Shown one piece after another: positions 1 to 13,592 of a DNA stretch of 64,000 bases. The stretch spans positions 28,892,001 through 28,956,000 of the forward strand of contig OZ336890.1 in NCBI GenBank assembly GCA_965287045.1, in the 5' to 3' direction. Origin of the DNA: Carcharhinus amblyrhynchos (Eukaryota). The notes beneath the pieces were generated by a model. That model was not told where the DNA came from. It searched no databases and worked only from the letters and a program-made list of their open reading frames with translations. Numbering within the stretch: the first letter of the stretch is position 1; the number at the start of each line of letters is the position of its first letter. The translations under genes were made by a program, and so were the position numbers.

Positions 1-570
1 CGTTTTGAGTCCAGATGACCCTCCATCAAAGTTAAAAGATATAGAAGAGTGTGATGATAGCTATCAAATACTTCTTCCATCGTTGATGCAGCAGTGAATG
101 GTAAGGCTGTAACATTCTTCCTTGACATTCCAAATGCTTCAGATTCTCAGGCCTTTCCCTGTGTGCAAAACAGATGAGAAAGTCAGTTTACTCTCTTCCT
201 ATTCAAGAATTGCAATTGCACATCCTTAAGTTTTCTCTCTTTAATCAGTCTTTCATAAACGGGTTTCACAACCTTTGCAGTCATCATCATACTGGTAACA
301 CCTCAGATGTCAGCAGTTGTCAGGAGCTGCTATCCTATGCCATCAATCTGTTTGCCTTCCAAGGAGAAGGCAATGCACATGTCCACAATGTCCTCAATGA
401 GATTCCAGAACACTGTTGGAAGTCAAAGCCTTCAGAGACATGACTTGTGGAGGGAGGGGAAGGGGAGTAGCTGGATAGAAACTAAGTATTACAGAAGGTT
501 TATGGATATCGGAGGTGTAAATCGTTTAATGAAGAACGTAGCAGTTTGATTTTATACTTGGAGGGGGAGA

Positions 571-878
571 TGTAGAGTAATGCATTCATGGTTATGCTAA
601 TGAGTCCACACTGATATTAATGATGTGACTGTGACATCAGGAGTAAGATGTCCAAAAGAAGTAATTGCAGAATAGTCTGCAATAGTCTGCAAATAGTCTG
701 TGTCCTGTAAATCGTGTGCTCAGAGATCTTTGTAAACAATTCTTTATATATTGTTTCAATTAAAATTATCCCAACTAGCTCAAGTCTATCATAGGAGAAG
801 CAAAGCCTCACCAGGGTGTGGTAAGACCAGAAGACTTGGTAACAAAATCTCACCAAAGCGTAGTGATCATTCAAAACA
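571..878 (+). mobile_element. Possible degraded 3' LTR of an LTR retrotransposon
   Basis: Polypurine tract ggagggggaga directly before TGTAGAG; internal ATTAAA; ends ...aaaaCA; no second LTR or TSD confirmed. Confidence 0.3.
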
Positions 879-988
879 TTAATTCCTTAAATTCAAAAAA
901 GTTCCTCAAAAGTTAAGGGTGTGATGACAGTGTGCTATGTTGATATATTGAGCATTTAAAAGTGGGGTTGCTTTAAGAGGCAGTGTTA

Positions 989-3070
989 TAGAATCATTGA
1001 GGTTTACAGCATGGAAACAGGCCCTTCAGCCCAACTTGTCCACGTGTTCCTTTTTTTAAATCCCGACATTAGTGTCAATTGCGCACATTTGGTCCATAGA
1101 CAGAGTACAGGAATGAGATAGAGAATCTGGTGAACTGGTGCAGCAACAATAATCTCACCCTCAATGTCAACAAAACAAAGGAGATTATCATCGACTTCAG
1201 GAAGTGTAAAGGAGAATGTGCTCCTGTCTTCATCAATGGGGATGAAGTAGAAAGAGTTGAGAGCTTCAAGTTTTCAGGTGATCAGATCACTAACAATCCT
1301 GGTCCCCCATGCCAACACTATTTTTAAGAAAGCCCACCAACGCCTCTACTTTTTCAGAAGACTAAAGAAATTTGGCATGTCAGCTGTGACTCTCACCAAC
1401 TTTTACAGATGTACCATAGAAAGCATTCTTTGTGGTTTTATCATAGCTTGGTATGGCTCCTGTCTGCTCAAGACCACAAGGAACTACAAAAGGTCGTGAA
1501 TGTAGCCCAATCCATCATGCAAACCAGCCCCTCATCCATTGACTCTGTCTATACTTCCTGCTGCCTTGGCAAAGCAGCCAGCATAATTAAGGACTCCATG
1601 TACCCCGGACATTCTCTTTTCCACCTTCATTCTTCGGAGAAAGGATACAAAAGTCTGAGGTCACGTAACAACTGACTCAAGAGCAGCTTCTTCCCTGCTG
1701 CTGTCAGACTTTTGACTGGACTTACCTTGCATTCAGTTGATCCTTCTCTACACCGTGGCTATGACTGTAACACTACATGCTGCACTCTCTCGTTTCCTTC
1801 TCTATGAATGGTTTGCTTTGTCTGTTTAGTGCACAAGAAACAATACTTCTCACTGTATGTTAAAACATGTGATAATAAATCAAATCTATACCCATCTTAC
1901 CCATGTAACTGTCTAAATTCTTTTTAAAGTACAAAATTGTATCCACCTCTACTACTACCTCTGGCAGCTTGTTCCAGCCTGTAAGAGAAAAAATTGCTCC
2001 TCTGGACCCTTTTGTATCTCTCCCCTCTCATCTTAAACCTATGCCCTCTAGTTTTGGATTCCCCTACCTTTGGGAAAAGATATTGTCTATCTAGCTGATC
2101 TGTGCCTCTCATTATTTTTTAGACCTTATAAGACCTCAGCCTTCTATGCTCCAGAGAAAAAAGTCCCAGTCTATCCAGCCTCTCCTTTTAACTCAATCCT
2201 TGAAGTCCCAGTAGCATCCTAGTAAATCTTATCTGCACTCTTTCTAGTTTGATAATATCTTTTCTATAATAGGGTGCCCAGAACTGTACACAGTATTCCA
2301 AGTGTAGCCTTACCAATGTCTTGTACAACTTCAACAAGACTTCCCAATTCCTGTATTCAACGCTCTGACCAACGAAACCAAGCATGCTGAATGCATTCTT
2401 CACCACTCTGTCCATCTGTGCCTCCACTTTCAAGGAACATGCAACCCCAGATCTGTGTTCTGTAACGCTCTCCAATGCCCTACCACTAACTGAATAAATA
2501 TGTCCTGTCCTGGTTCAATCTACCAAAATACATCACCTCGCATTTATCTAAATTAAACTCCATCTGCCATTCCTCAGCCCACTGGCCCAATTGATCAAGG
2601 TCCCATTGCACTCTGAGATTACCTTCTTCACTGTCCACTATTCTACCAATCTCGGTGTCATCTGCAAACTCATTAACCATGGCCTCCTATATTCTCACCC
2701 AAATATTAATAGAAGTGACAATTAACAGTGGACCAGCACTGATCCCTGAGGCACACCACTTGTCACAGGCCTCCAGTTTGAAAAACAATCCTTTCCAACC
2801 ATCCTTGGCTTCTGTCACCAAGCCAATTTTGTAGCCATTTAGTTACCTCACCCTGGATCCCATGAGATATAACCTACCATGCGGAACCTTGTCAAAGGCC
2901 TTGCTAAAGTCCATGTTGACAACATCAACTGCGTTGCCCTTATCTACCTTCTTGGTTACCCCTTCAAAAAAAAATCAAATTTAAGAGTTATGATATTCCA
3001 CTCTCAAAACTATGCTGACTGTTCCTAATCAATCCATGCATCTCTAAATGCCCGTAGATCCGTTCCCTCA
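989..3070 (-). mobile_element. CR1/HER1-type LINE, 5'-truncated and decayed, interrupted by a Rex1-like LINE
   Basis: Minus ORFs FADDTEIG...WQMEFNLDKCEV, LYKTLVRLHLEYCVQFWAPYYRKD and SKTRGHRFK; 3' tail (tgattctat) at ~989; sequence resumes at ~1888 after the insertion. Confidence 0.9.
1100..1887 (+). mobile_element. Rex1/Babar-clade LINE 3' fragment (RT C-terminus and 3' UTR)
   Basis: WCSNNNLTLNVNKTKEIIIDFRK, KKAHQRLYFFRRLKKFGMS...NFYRCTIESIL; tail catgtgataataaatcaaatc; frameshifted. Confidence 0.85.
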
Positions 3071-3074
3071 AAAG

Positions 3075-3270
3075 TTTGTTTTGATAAAAGCTTGCCAGTT
3101 TGCTGTAGAATCACGTCTGGAGTGAAACATTATAGTCCCACACTAATGCCAAAATAGAAAATTGTTGGGTCTAGTCTGATTTTATAACATACCTTGGGGT
3201 TTCTGACCTGGTAAAAGGTATTATAAAAAAATCTGACCAAGAGGCTTAGCATTGAAATATGTGGGATAAC
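3075..3270 (+). repeat. Fragment of an unclassified, probably LTR-like repeat
   Basis: tttgttttgataaaa...tctggagtgaaaca...cactaatgccaaaat is shared with 18594-18730; ends gggataaca. Confidence 0.5.
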
Positions 3271-3874
3271 AGGTTTTTCTAGGTGCCATTAGATATCTGC
3301 TGAACACTCCAAAAAGTTTTCCCATTCCAGTGCAAATAAACCTCAACAGCACGATAAGCCTTAGTTACCAGAAATCTCTCTGGTACCGAAAACTCATCTT
3401 TAATCACGCCTGTATTAATTATTGAACGTTTTAAAAAATGCTTTTTTGTCCTCTCTCTCAACCCCATCTTTTTTCTTTGCTTTCTGGAAATGATTCAACA
3501 TTGAATTTAAATTTAAATTCATTGATATTTAAATTTAAAAGCATGAACTTGCCAGTTCTGTAAGTGTTTAAATATTAAGGTAACATGATCATAAAGTAAC
3601 CAGTCCAGGTTAGTTTCAAGTCTGGCAGTCAGAATGAGACATGCAAATCATATTCTCCAATGTCACCCTGTTCAGAAACTTATGCCCATGTCAAAAAGGC
3701 AAAGACATAATTTAACATGAGGAGAAAAACATTAGGAATTGATCAAATATCATTCCAAAACTGTATTCAGTTCATTGATTTTCACAAAATACAACCCAGT
3801 TTGATAGATTTACAATTGGACTCGTCAGACTCAAGTGTTAACTGGCCCACTTTCCAAAAATGTAGGAATGCACA

Positions 3875-4162
3875 TTTTGTTTACTATCGTCACAAGTAGG
3901 CTTACATTAACATTGCAATTTCGTTACTGTGAAAATCCCCAGATGCTACACACTGGTGCCTGTTTAGAAACACTGAAGGAGAATTTAGCTTGGCCAATGC
4001 AGAAAACCAGCACATCTTTTGCATTGTGGGAGGAAATTGGAGCATGCAGAGGAAACCCACAGACGTGGGGAAAATATGGAAACTCCACACAGTGATCCAA
4101 GCCGGGAATCAAACCCAGGTTTCTGGTGCTGTGACGCAATAATGCTAACCACTGTGCTGCCC
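3875..4162 (-). mobile_element. HE1-like tRNA-derived V-SINE
   Basis: Minus-strand head gggcagcacagtggttagca...gggtttgattccc (A/B boxes); V-domain tgtgtggagtttccatattttccccacgtctgtgggtttcctc. Confidence 0.85.
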
Positions 4163-4819
4163 ATTTGGCAGAATATGTAAGAGTTCAATCACAATATACT
4201 TAGTAAGAAATCTTTGTGCCCTCATTGTTTAAATAGACATTGGGATGTCTATTAGAAGTACCTACTTATGCCCACTTATATGGATTGGTTTTGTCAAACC
4301 TGTTAGAATAAAATAGCATATCTGCAATTTGTAACAGTGCCAATTTATTAAGAGTAATTGAGGGAGAATACATCTGGCTATTACAAAACCTGCACCATTC
4401 CTCTGCTTACAGTTGTAGTTAGTTAAAACCAGGAGTGATCATCATGCACGAGTACCATTGTTTTGTGCTGTAGATTTGCATTTGCTCCTGATCTCAGTCC
4501 CAGCTGCAAAGGCTTTGTATTTTGTACCTCACAGGAAGGAAGTTCCAATCTTACAAATTTTCCAGCAGAATGCCATAGTTACCTCAGCTGGCCACCTTCT
4601 TAACAGCACCAAGGGAATATAGGTGAGAAAGCTGAAAGAGTAAAACAAGTACAATTTTAAAATGTCAGAGGTTCATAAACTATGAGGACTAAGATGTACA
4701 TATTTTTTGGCCCTGAAATTTTATCAAGTGGAATTTATTAAGGTACATTTAAATCTTAAAAAAATTATTATAATCTGCATTAGAGCAAACACAGGCTTTG
4801 AGGGGGGCAATGTATGTCC

Positions 4820-5035
4820 GTCTGTCCAAAGATGTGCGGGTCAATTGGATTGACCATGTTAAATTGCCCATTAGTGTCCCAAGACGTGTAGGTGAGATGG
4901 ATTAATTATGGGAAATGGGTTACAGGGATAGGGTGGGAGTGAAGACCTGGTAAGATACTACGTCAGAGTTTGTGCAGATTCGATGGGCCAAATGGCTTCT
5001 ACTTCACTGTAGAGATTCTATGATTCTATTCTACG
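4820..5035 (+). mobile_element. HE1-like SINE, 3' half
   Basis: tccaaagatgtgcggg...aaattgcccattagtgtcc...cactgtagagattctatgattctattcta (CR1/HER1-like tail). Confidence 0.8.
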
Positions 5036-5914
5036 AATCAACATTCAGTTGTAATTACTAGCTAATTAATATCATGTTATCAATTTTTAGCTGCCAGCAT
5101 CTAATTAACTGGTTATTTTAATGACAATAATTCAAATAAGGTTTTAGTACAAATTGTTTTTCTTCTTTTAAAATTGATAAACCAAAGACTTGTGGGATTT
5201 TGTGAAGGCCCACTTCTCTTGGCGCAGAAGGTTGCCAATCCCAGCCACTCAAGCACAGGCACAAATCTGTATAGTAAATCCTTCGTACTTTAATACATAA
5301 ATGTATTGAAGGGAAATTTCAGATGCTCCTTTTGCTCAACTGCCTTCTATAATGGCTTAGCACGCCTAAATTGAAAGGCAATTAGGGATGGGCAACATCC
5401 AGTGCCCACATTCCATGGAAGAATTTCACACAATATTGTCTCTCCTGACCAAAGTTTTCTCAGTTTTATTTTAGTGGGCTGCTCTCTGGTCTTCATATTA
5501 TTTAACCAACAAAGCTTGATGTGACTTACATTACACATAATGGAATAGCTTAGTTGTACATGGTTTGGATATTTTACAAGCAGTAATGGATGGGTTTTTC
5601 TAATTAATTTCTATACAAGTGTTCAACGTTGAAATGAAGTTGTTTCAAAAAGGCACAATTTGAGCCCAGTGATAGATTTATAGCCTAAAACAACTTAAGA
5701 AATTGATGTTACAAGTGTTGAATAGCTCTAAAATCCAAAATTAGAAATTAATCAATAACTTGTGGATATATTTCAATTTGATGAGCACAAACAATTTCTC
5801 TTCAATGCTTAGGTTTCACTTTGAAATCTTTAATGAAGATGTACTTTGCTCATCTATGTGACAGAGAACAAAGATAATGCATTGCTTTTATATGCTCAGG
5901 GCAATTAAATTATT

Positions 5915-6156
5915 TTGAAGTGTAAATGCCACTGTTGTTTAGGAACATATGGGGCTAAACTGCAGACAGCAAACTTTCACAAGCAACAATATGAATCTGT
6001 TTCAATGGTGGTAGCCAGAACAGGAGAACTAAGCCACTACTTTTCACGTGGTGCCACCGGATTCAACTGACTGGACTGCGGTCGAAACCTGGAATGGGGC
6101 TTAAATGCATGACCTTCTACCTCGAAGGCACGAGTGCAATCATTAAGCCAATTGAC
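5915..6156 (-). mobile_element. Highly decayed Deu-type SINE
   Basis: Resembles 11660-12087 (actgttgtttaggaa...gcagacagcaaactttcacaagcaacaat...ggaatggggcttaaa). Confidence 0.45.
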
Positions 6157-9100
6157 AAATTTGCATAAATGAGCAATTTCCTTTGGCTTGCAAGTCCTCC
6201 ATCATTTCCACCTTTGAAATAAACAATATCTGCGACTAAAAGACTGCAAAATTGCCTGGAACTAAAAGCTTCAGAAAATGAATTTACTCTCATTAACATT
6301 GCTGTCCTGCATTAATCTTCGCTTGATCTCTGGTTACGAAGACGAGTTGGAGACTCAGGTCAACTAATACCATTCTATAACCGACAGCTAAGAAGTGCAG
6401 AATCAATCATTTTGTTAAGATTGTTGACCCTTCCCTCTATTGGGATGCAAGTAGTAATTTTATACACACTCTGGTGGAACTTTTGTCAAATTCTACAATC
6501 TGTATATCAGGGGAGGGTAATTGCACTGAAGAACTAAAGTTGTGAATTATCTGCAACAAGAATACTGCGAAAAAAGATGGTCAACAGCTTTTGCACTTTT
6601 ACTCCAGCTGCAGAATGCAATAAAAGCCAAGTATTGATACATTTTCACAGTAAAGCTTTGTACTCAAAATATTCAATATTTTCTTAGAATCAAAACTTAT
6701 ATGTTGCACGTAAGGTCAGTTGAATTCTACAGTAGCTACATGCCCACAGGATAAGCTCTGGGGACACAAGAGACAGGGACAAATCTCACAGCAGGATACA
6801 TTTATCTGTACAGTGAAACTAGACAGTTCAAATTCATTGCTGTTATTGTATTTATTTAATTTAAACTGTGATGGATTAGCAATAAAGAATTCCCCTGGTT
6901 ACGGACTGGAGAAGAGTTTATATCATTTATCATTGACCTAATGGGTATTATTATTCAATACAACTACCAGCATTCAATTTTTTTTGTATAGTACACCAGC
7001 AGCAATCCAGAATGTTTAATAGAATCTACCACAATGTTTCTTTCATTGTTACCCAGAATAAATCTGCTGCTGGGTGAACAGTGCTCATTTTTTACATGGT
7101 AATGGTAACTGGTTTAATAACTGTGAACTCAGCCTGAAGCATTGCACATTTGGCAGCTGTCCTGAATCATGAAGTGGCAAACAAAATAATTTAATTACTT
7201 GTACTGCAAGAATTGAAATCCCCCAATACAGATACAGAGAAGCTCATCAGGTAACAGATGGCCATGGAGATGATCTCTGGCAAGAACAACGTATACTATT
7301 TGTGATCTATGCCAGACAATCTGCCAGAACTGAAAAATTGGCAATATAACATTTTGCAGATGACATATTAACAGCTTCTTTTTGACACAAAGGTGATTAA
7401 CATTACATAAAGCCCAGACGGAAAATTACATAAAACCTAGTAGTTCATGTTGACTACTGCTCACCAAAGAAAAATAATTCCCTTAATACCAACATCAATT
7501 GCTTTGTAATCTAAACTTTCGATTATTGAGTAGTCACTCTTGGTAATGTAACTGAAAAGTTATGAGTACTTGGTCTCAAAAATTAAAGTTCACAAAAAAA
7601 CTTTAAGAATGTGTCATTTTTAGAATCATATAATGCTTGAACATGTTCTCAGAGCAGGGTCTTAAATTTTTACTTTTTCAGTTTCCAGTTAATTATTTTG
7701 TATTTTCTATAGCTGCCTTTTTACATAATTACATTTAAGTTTTAACTTGAAAAATATTTGTCCGAGTTTCTATCACTTTGCATGCATCATGCCTCAGCAC
7801 CAAACAAATCAGCATGTGGAGCAGTCTTTGTAGAATAGTGCCATGTCAGTCTTTAAAAACTAACCAGAATCACTCTGTTGTGTAATCAAGTTTCCCAATG
7901 CGACTGACCGTGTGAGCTTACCTTATGTGTCGGTCAAGCCTTCAACTTGCTGTGTATCTAAGGTCACATGTTTATTCTTCTATAAGACTTGAACTAAATT
8001 AAATTTCAATATCAAAGTGATAGTATCAAATACATTGAGGTACTTGGTATTGATGGCACCTACGTTTGAATGCTATTGAATTTGTATCAAATGACTAAAT
8101 TTTCAGTCATGTATGGGCAGTTCTATATATGTGAATCATAACTTTAAAAAACTAATTTTAACAAGTGACAGTTCTGGCGACATATTCTGTATAAAACGGT
8201 CAGCTTAAAGCAAAGTTTGGAGAACATAAAATTATAGAACTTTTCTAAAAGTTGCAAGCACAGAAATTAGCATTTAAATACAGGTGTCCAAACTTCATTC
8301 CTCACAAAGGGTTAAAGCTCATTTGCATGAATGCAATGTGCTTCGGCACCGAATAAGTTTTGTAAAACCTTAAGAAAATTTGTTCAGTTGTTTTATAATG
8401 AGATGGTTGTTTAATTAAATGGCCAACATTTATTTACGTAATAAAATTCACTTCATTGATGCTGGAGTTATTATTCTAATGAGCACTTCCCATTTGGGAG
8501 ATTATCTTCATTACTTGCTTGTGTTTCTGGACATTTAAAGTTTATTTCTTTCAGTAAATTACTGTGCAATTTCATTCTCTTTTGACAGTGAAATGCTTTG
8601 TTTTAAAAAAAAATTCCCTTGATAGTCACATCACTAAGACTCATTAAATTGCTTTTCAAATGTTCCGCATCTTGAATATTTAACTTTTAAATTACTGTGC
8701 ACCAAACGTATTGCTGAATAATTCTGCTAATTTTAATCTCCAGGTTCCCTTGACATTGAGCTGAGTGTCCAAAGATGCATTGCAAACTGAACAGCATGTG
8801 AATCAAAGATGAAATAGAATTAGCAATAAACAGTGATATCTGACCTAAATGTGTCAGAATTGATCACTGGACCAGTGGCTGCCATGATGTACAATAGCCA
8901 CTAACACATGAATCCTCAAAACCCATTTAAGTGAACTGGGTATTTGTATTTTCATTTATGGAATGGATTAAAGTTAATGAAAACAAATTGTGCAAAAATA
9001 ACCCCAATAAGCAGAAGATTTGCAAGTAAGTGTGCTTTTGTTAACAAATAAGGCCAATGGCAGCATTAAGGAAAGATTTGAAGCCAATTCAAGCGCCTCT

Positions 9101-9744
9101 TATGAACTTAAACGTACTAAGATGCATGATACATATAATGACTAATAATTGAAGCAAAAAAATGCAGTTGTGCCAAATAGAATTTGAAAATAATACAATT
9201 TAATTACTAATACTGAATCACTACCCATTGAAAATTATTCATAATACTATCTTATTTTGAAAGTTGAAGTCTGACTCTCATACATATAATGGATTATAGG
9301 GGAAATGCTTGCCTCATTTAAAATCATTGTTAACTATGCCTCCTGGTGTCCAGCTCAAATCATTGGGATTAAGTGTGTTACTTCCAAGGCCTATAGGTGT
9401 GATTAAAGTGAAATGCACCTCTGCAGTAAATAAAAAATGGGCAAAATTGGAAATTTCACTTTTGTATCATCGGTTATTAATAAAGAAGTTCAGTTTGCTG
9501 TAGTCTTATCACTTCCCTAGCCAGAATGAACCAATTCCTGTGCTCTGAATTTATTCATCAACTAACATCTCTGCACAATGGCATTATTATGCAGTAACAT
9601 GGCAAAAATCACTCTAGCCAAGTTTTACAAATTAAATGTAGGTAGCTTCAGTTTTATTTCTATCATCAACTGTTTTAAGAGATCTTTACTTTCAAAATTC
9701 ACAGTCTCTTTCTCAAAAAGGATTAGCCTCTAAACTTATAGCTT

Positions 9745-9860
9745 TGATCAAGAGCTTTGACAAACGCTCATCTGGACTCGAAATAACAGCTCTTTCCTTT
9801 CCTTACAGATGCTGCCAGACCTGCTGAGATTTTCCAGCATTATCTCTTTTGGTTTCAGCC
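9745..9860 (+). repeat. Short common elasmobranch repeat (retroelement terminus)
   Basis: tcatctggactcgaaa...cagatgctgccagacctgctgagattttccagcatt; the reverse complement of its start appears at 1-30 (gagtccagatga). Confidence 0.6.
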
Positions 9861-11659
9861 TCTAAACTTAATTGAGCTATTTAAATTTGTTGCAGTACCT
9901 GACAGATTGATTACAATGTTAATGATCCACTGTGCTTTTTACTTGACTTGGAATGTTCTTCACATGTTCAGACAGATCGAAACTGCTTTTATTTGTGTCT
10001 TCATAAGTTACTATTTACATGATTAACTTTGTAAGATAACATTTGTAGTATGACAATTTTTACACTTTCTCAAACACGGTTTCCAGATGTGTAACATTTT
10101 AATTTGTTTCATATTCTATTGCAACACTACCTAATTACATTTCATGTAGTTTAGTTTTATAATGGATGTGTAAATATATGCTGTTAATAGAACATACAAC
10201 ATCCCATACACCCAGACCACATTTAAAAAAAAAATTACACATGGAAAGTTAAAGAATAAAGCACCAATTACCATCCTTAGTAACAATTAGACTATTCGGA
10301 GAATTAATACAGCTCCTCAGGCATTAATGTTAATGGAGAGAACATACTGCATAATAAAATCCTGCTGTCTGATGAGGTTTTGCTTACTTTCAAAAATAAT
10401 TTAAGAAAGGACGAGGAAATTATGTCTATATTGATTGGCTACCTGTTGCACGCTCACTATAATTTCACTAACTATTACTTACAATATTAATAAAACACCA
10501 ATGAGATATTAAATTAGAAGTTCAACTGACAACGATATTGAAAATGGAACTATTAGTATAAACACAGACAGCCCATTTCCACTTGAAGTTTGAGTTATAA
10601 GTTACTTTTATTTTGTACACATTGACCATATGCGCTAACACCCTCCTCGAAAAACACAATAGTACCTGGTTAAATTTGTCCCCAGGTATTTCTTAAAATA
10701 ATGTTGGAAAATACAGAGTAGAACTGCTATAAGCCAAAGAGGTGGCTCAGAAGAAATGACTCATACTGATTCAAATGCTATTTTAAAAAAAGCTTGATAT
10801 TTTGAAACAAAAAAAAACAATTTTTAGATAAACACACTCCCAAGAAAAAAAAATTAATGGAGTGGAAACACACATTGCAACTCTGTTGGACTGAATATTT
10901 AGTCTTTTGCAATCTTCCTTGCTATTTCTTAATTGTCCTACTTCTGCATGATACTCATATTGTACATTAACTCAAAAGCAAAAGTAGACCAGCACTGACA
11001 ATATCCACTGATTCCAACTGGGCTCCGAGCAACTTTTATTCTATTTGTTTTATAAGGCTCATGAGGCATCTTATCAAACACCATACAAGTGAACTCATCA
11101 CACTTTCACTCGTTAACGTATTCAAAAATTCTACTAAACTGGTTGACTTGCCATTAATAATATGCTGGCTTTCTTCGCTTTGCTCATCCATCTTTAACCA
11201 CTCACTAATTTGATCTTGACTTAATGGATGCTAAGAATTTCCTTCCAATTTTCATTAGAGCAACTGGTTTATAATTAACTGCTTCATTTTTTTTATTGTC
11301 CTGAACAAATAATAGCACATTAGCTACTCTCCACTAACATTATCTGTATATACAAGGATTGAATAAGTGTCCTTCAACAGGACATGATAGCTTATCCACT
11401 TGGAATGCTGTTCATTTTACTGTGAAGCAATTCCCTTTTCTAGTTATCTTTAACAATTGTTAAAACACCCTGATCCTGAATGGTGTCCTTCTGTGCTGTA
11501 AAGATTCTATGATTCTAAGTTTGGTCTAACCTTCTCATTTCACCATTTGCAAAAATTGAAAACCTAAAATGACTTCACCAGTCACACTCCACAATTTGAT
11601 TCTCCCTTCATTCCCAAGCAATCCTACCCTAATCTTAAAAACTTTTCAGAATATATTTT

Positions 11660-12087
11660 TATTTTGTGCCGTTCACACTCAGGGCATCCCAAAATGCCGT
11701 GCAGCCAATTAAATACTTGAATATGGTCAGTACTATAATACAGGAAATACAGCAGCCAATTCGCACACAGGAGGCTCCAACAATCAACAATGTGAAAATG
11801 ATCAGTTATTTCCATGCTGATTGAAGTATAAATATTGACCAGGACACCAGGGACAACTCCCCTATTTTTCTAAATGCTGTGACAGAATCATCTAACTGAA
11901 GCAGAGAGCAAATCTAGCCTCTGATTAACATATCAAAAGGACAGCACCTCCTGCCCAGCAATGCTTTCCCTCAGCACTACACTGGAGCGTTGGCTTAGAT
12001 TTGAAAACTCAAGTCTCTGGAATAGGGCTTGAACCTGTCACAGTGTGACTCAGAGGTGAGTGTGCTACCGACAGATCCACAGCTGAC
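11660..12087 (-). mobile_element. Deu-domain SINE (SacSINE1/AmnSINE-like)
   Basis: Minus-strand head gtcagctgtgg...ggtagcacactcacctctgagtca...ggttcaagccc; Deu-like core ggagttgtccctggtgtcctggtcaatatttat; tail ttttgggatgccctga. Confidence 0.75.
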
Positions 12088-13586
12088 AATTTCCTTTACT
12101 TTCATATTGTCTTTTAGCTTTTGATTATTTACTTCAACATTCTTTAGTTCAAGCTTCCCTTGAACTTTTCTGCCAAGTTATTTTAAATCTGAATGAATAT
12201 TTTACTTTTCCAGTCCAGGACAGAGTCTGGACATTGAGATGGCAATGATGGCAAGGCCTGTGCACATGAGCAGAATGCAGCGGCTGCTGTCAATGAATCG
12301 ATGCTTCTCCGGAGGGTGCACGACTAAAGTACACTCAAACTGCAATAAACGATAATGAGAACTTGCATTATTGCAGTTATTCTTGCTGCAAATGCCTTTG
12401 TTGCAATATACTTTGTTGAATATTGTGCAACTGGTTTTTAAACAGCATGCCAACTTTATAAATCGCTGCTAAACACATTCACTGCCACCCAAGAAGCCAA
12501 TTTTGTAATAGTGGAACGTCAAATTTTAAAATTAAAAAGACTAAAAAATTGCCCACATTTTTAAAATATGTTTTAAAGCAATTTATCTTCATTTATTTAC
12601 CAACTTAATCCAATCATAATCATTTATTTTACTACCTGAAATTTTTGATTCCAAGTAAAGGATATTGAGTATTTTTAATTTCCTGGTTTGTGAGAATACT
12701 TCAATGTGACTGCTTTTTTCACTGCTGACAGCATTGCTGCTGCATACCAAGTCATCTTAGCACCAGTTTTAATCTGTTATCAGAAAAAGGAAAAACACCT
12801 CGCCACAAAGATCACTAAATTTTTGTGGGCAATTTTCTTTGAGTGTCGTAGATTGGCTGCTGACTGTAAAATCTTACCCGTTTATTTCACATTTTCAGTT
12901 AATCTAAGTTGCAGTTGCTATTTTCTCAATTCTCTACCACTGCATCAGCTCTTTGCTCTACTTTATTACCAGAACTAATCAAACAATTATTCTTTATTGT
13001 AGATAGGCCACAATTCCAATGAAATGTGTTCATAATAACAAAGTCTCATGCTAGTAACACTTTGCCAGCCATATAGGTATAATATAAATTGTACACTACT
13101 GCCCAGCACATTCTATTTAATCACAATAATGATGCTGAACAATATTAATGTGTATAAATTATTATTCTGTGGAACTCTCTAGCATGTGCTTGCAACATTA
13201 AAATGCATCTTATTTGTTTTCATCTGATTGCTTGAAGAACATTGAAATATGAGTATTTCAAGTTTAAATAGCACAATCTTATTTGACCATTAGGTTAAGA
13301 TTTTAATAAAAATGTTTGTAACTTTGAAGTGCAGCTCACAAACTGCATGCTGAGTCTGTATTCTACTTACACTTAGCAATGTTTGGAGTCCATAGATAAG
13401 GACAAAGCTTGCAATGTTCGGAGTCTATAGATAAGAATGAAGTTCCAACAAAAAAGGCGTTCATTTCCTAGTTTGTGTCAGAAAAAAATTCTTGCTTTGA
13501 AATCCAGTGCTTAAGTTATGGAAGTGTGAAGTGTGTCAAGCAAAAGCATACATCTTGAAGTAGAGAGACAAATGGAGGCATAATCT

Positions 13587-13592
13587 TTTATT
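13587..13592 (-). promoter_or_regulatory. Candidate polyadenylation signal of TNRC6C
   Basis: Minus strand reads ...caatgAATAAAagattatgcc, followed by a U/GU-rich tract (tttgtctctc...tgtatgcttttg). Confidence 0.5.

Noticed and set aside
174-549. Short plus-strand ORFs at the window start
   Set aside because: No domain similarity or splice evidence; probably decayed retroelement interior.
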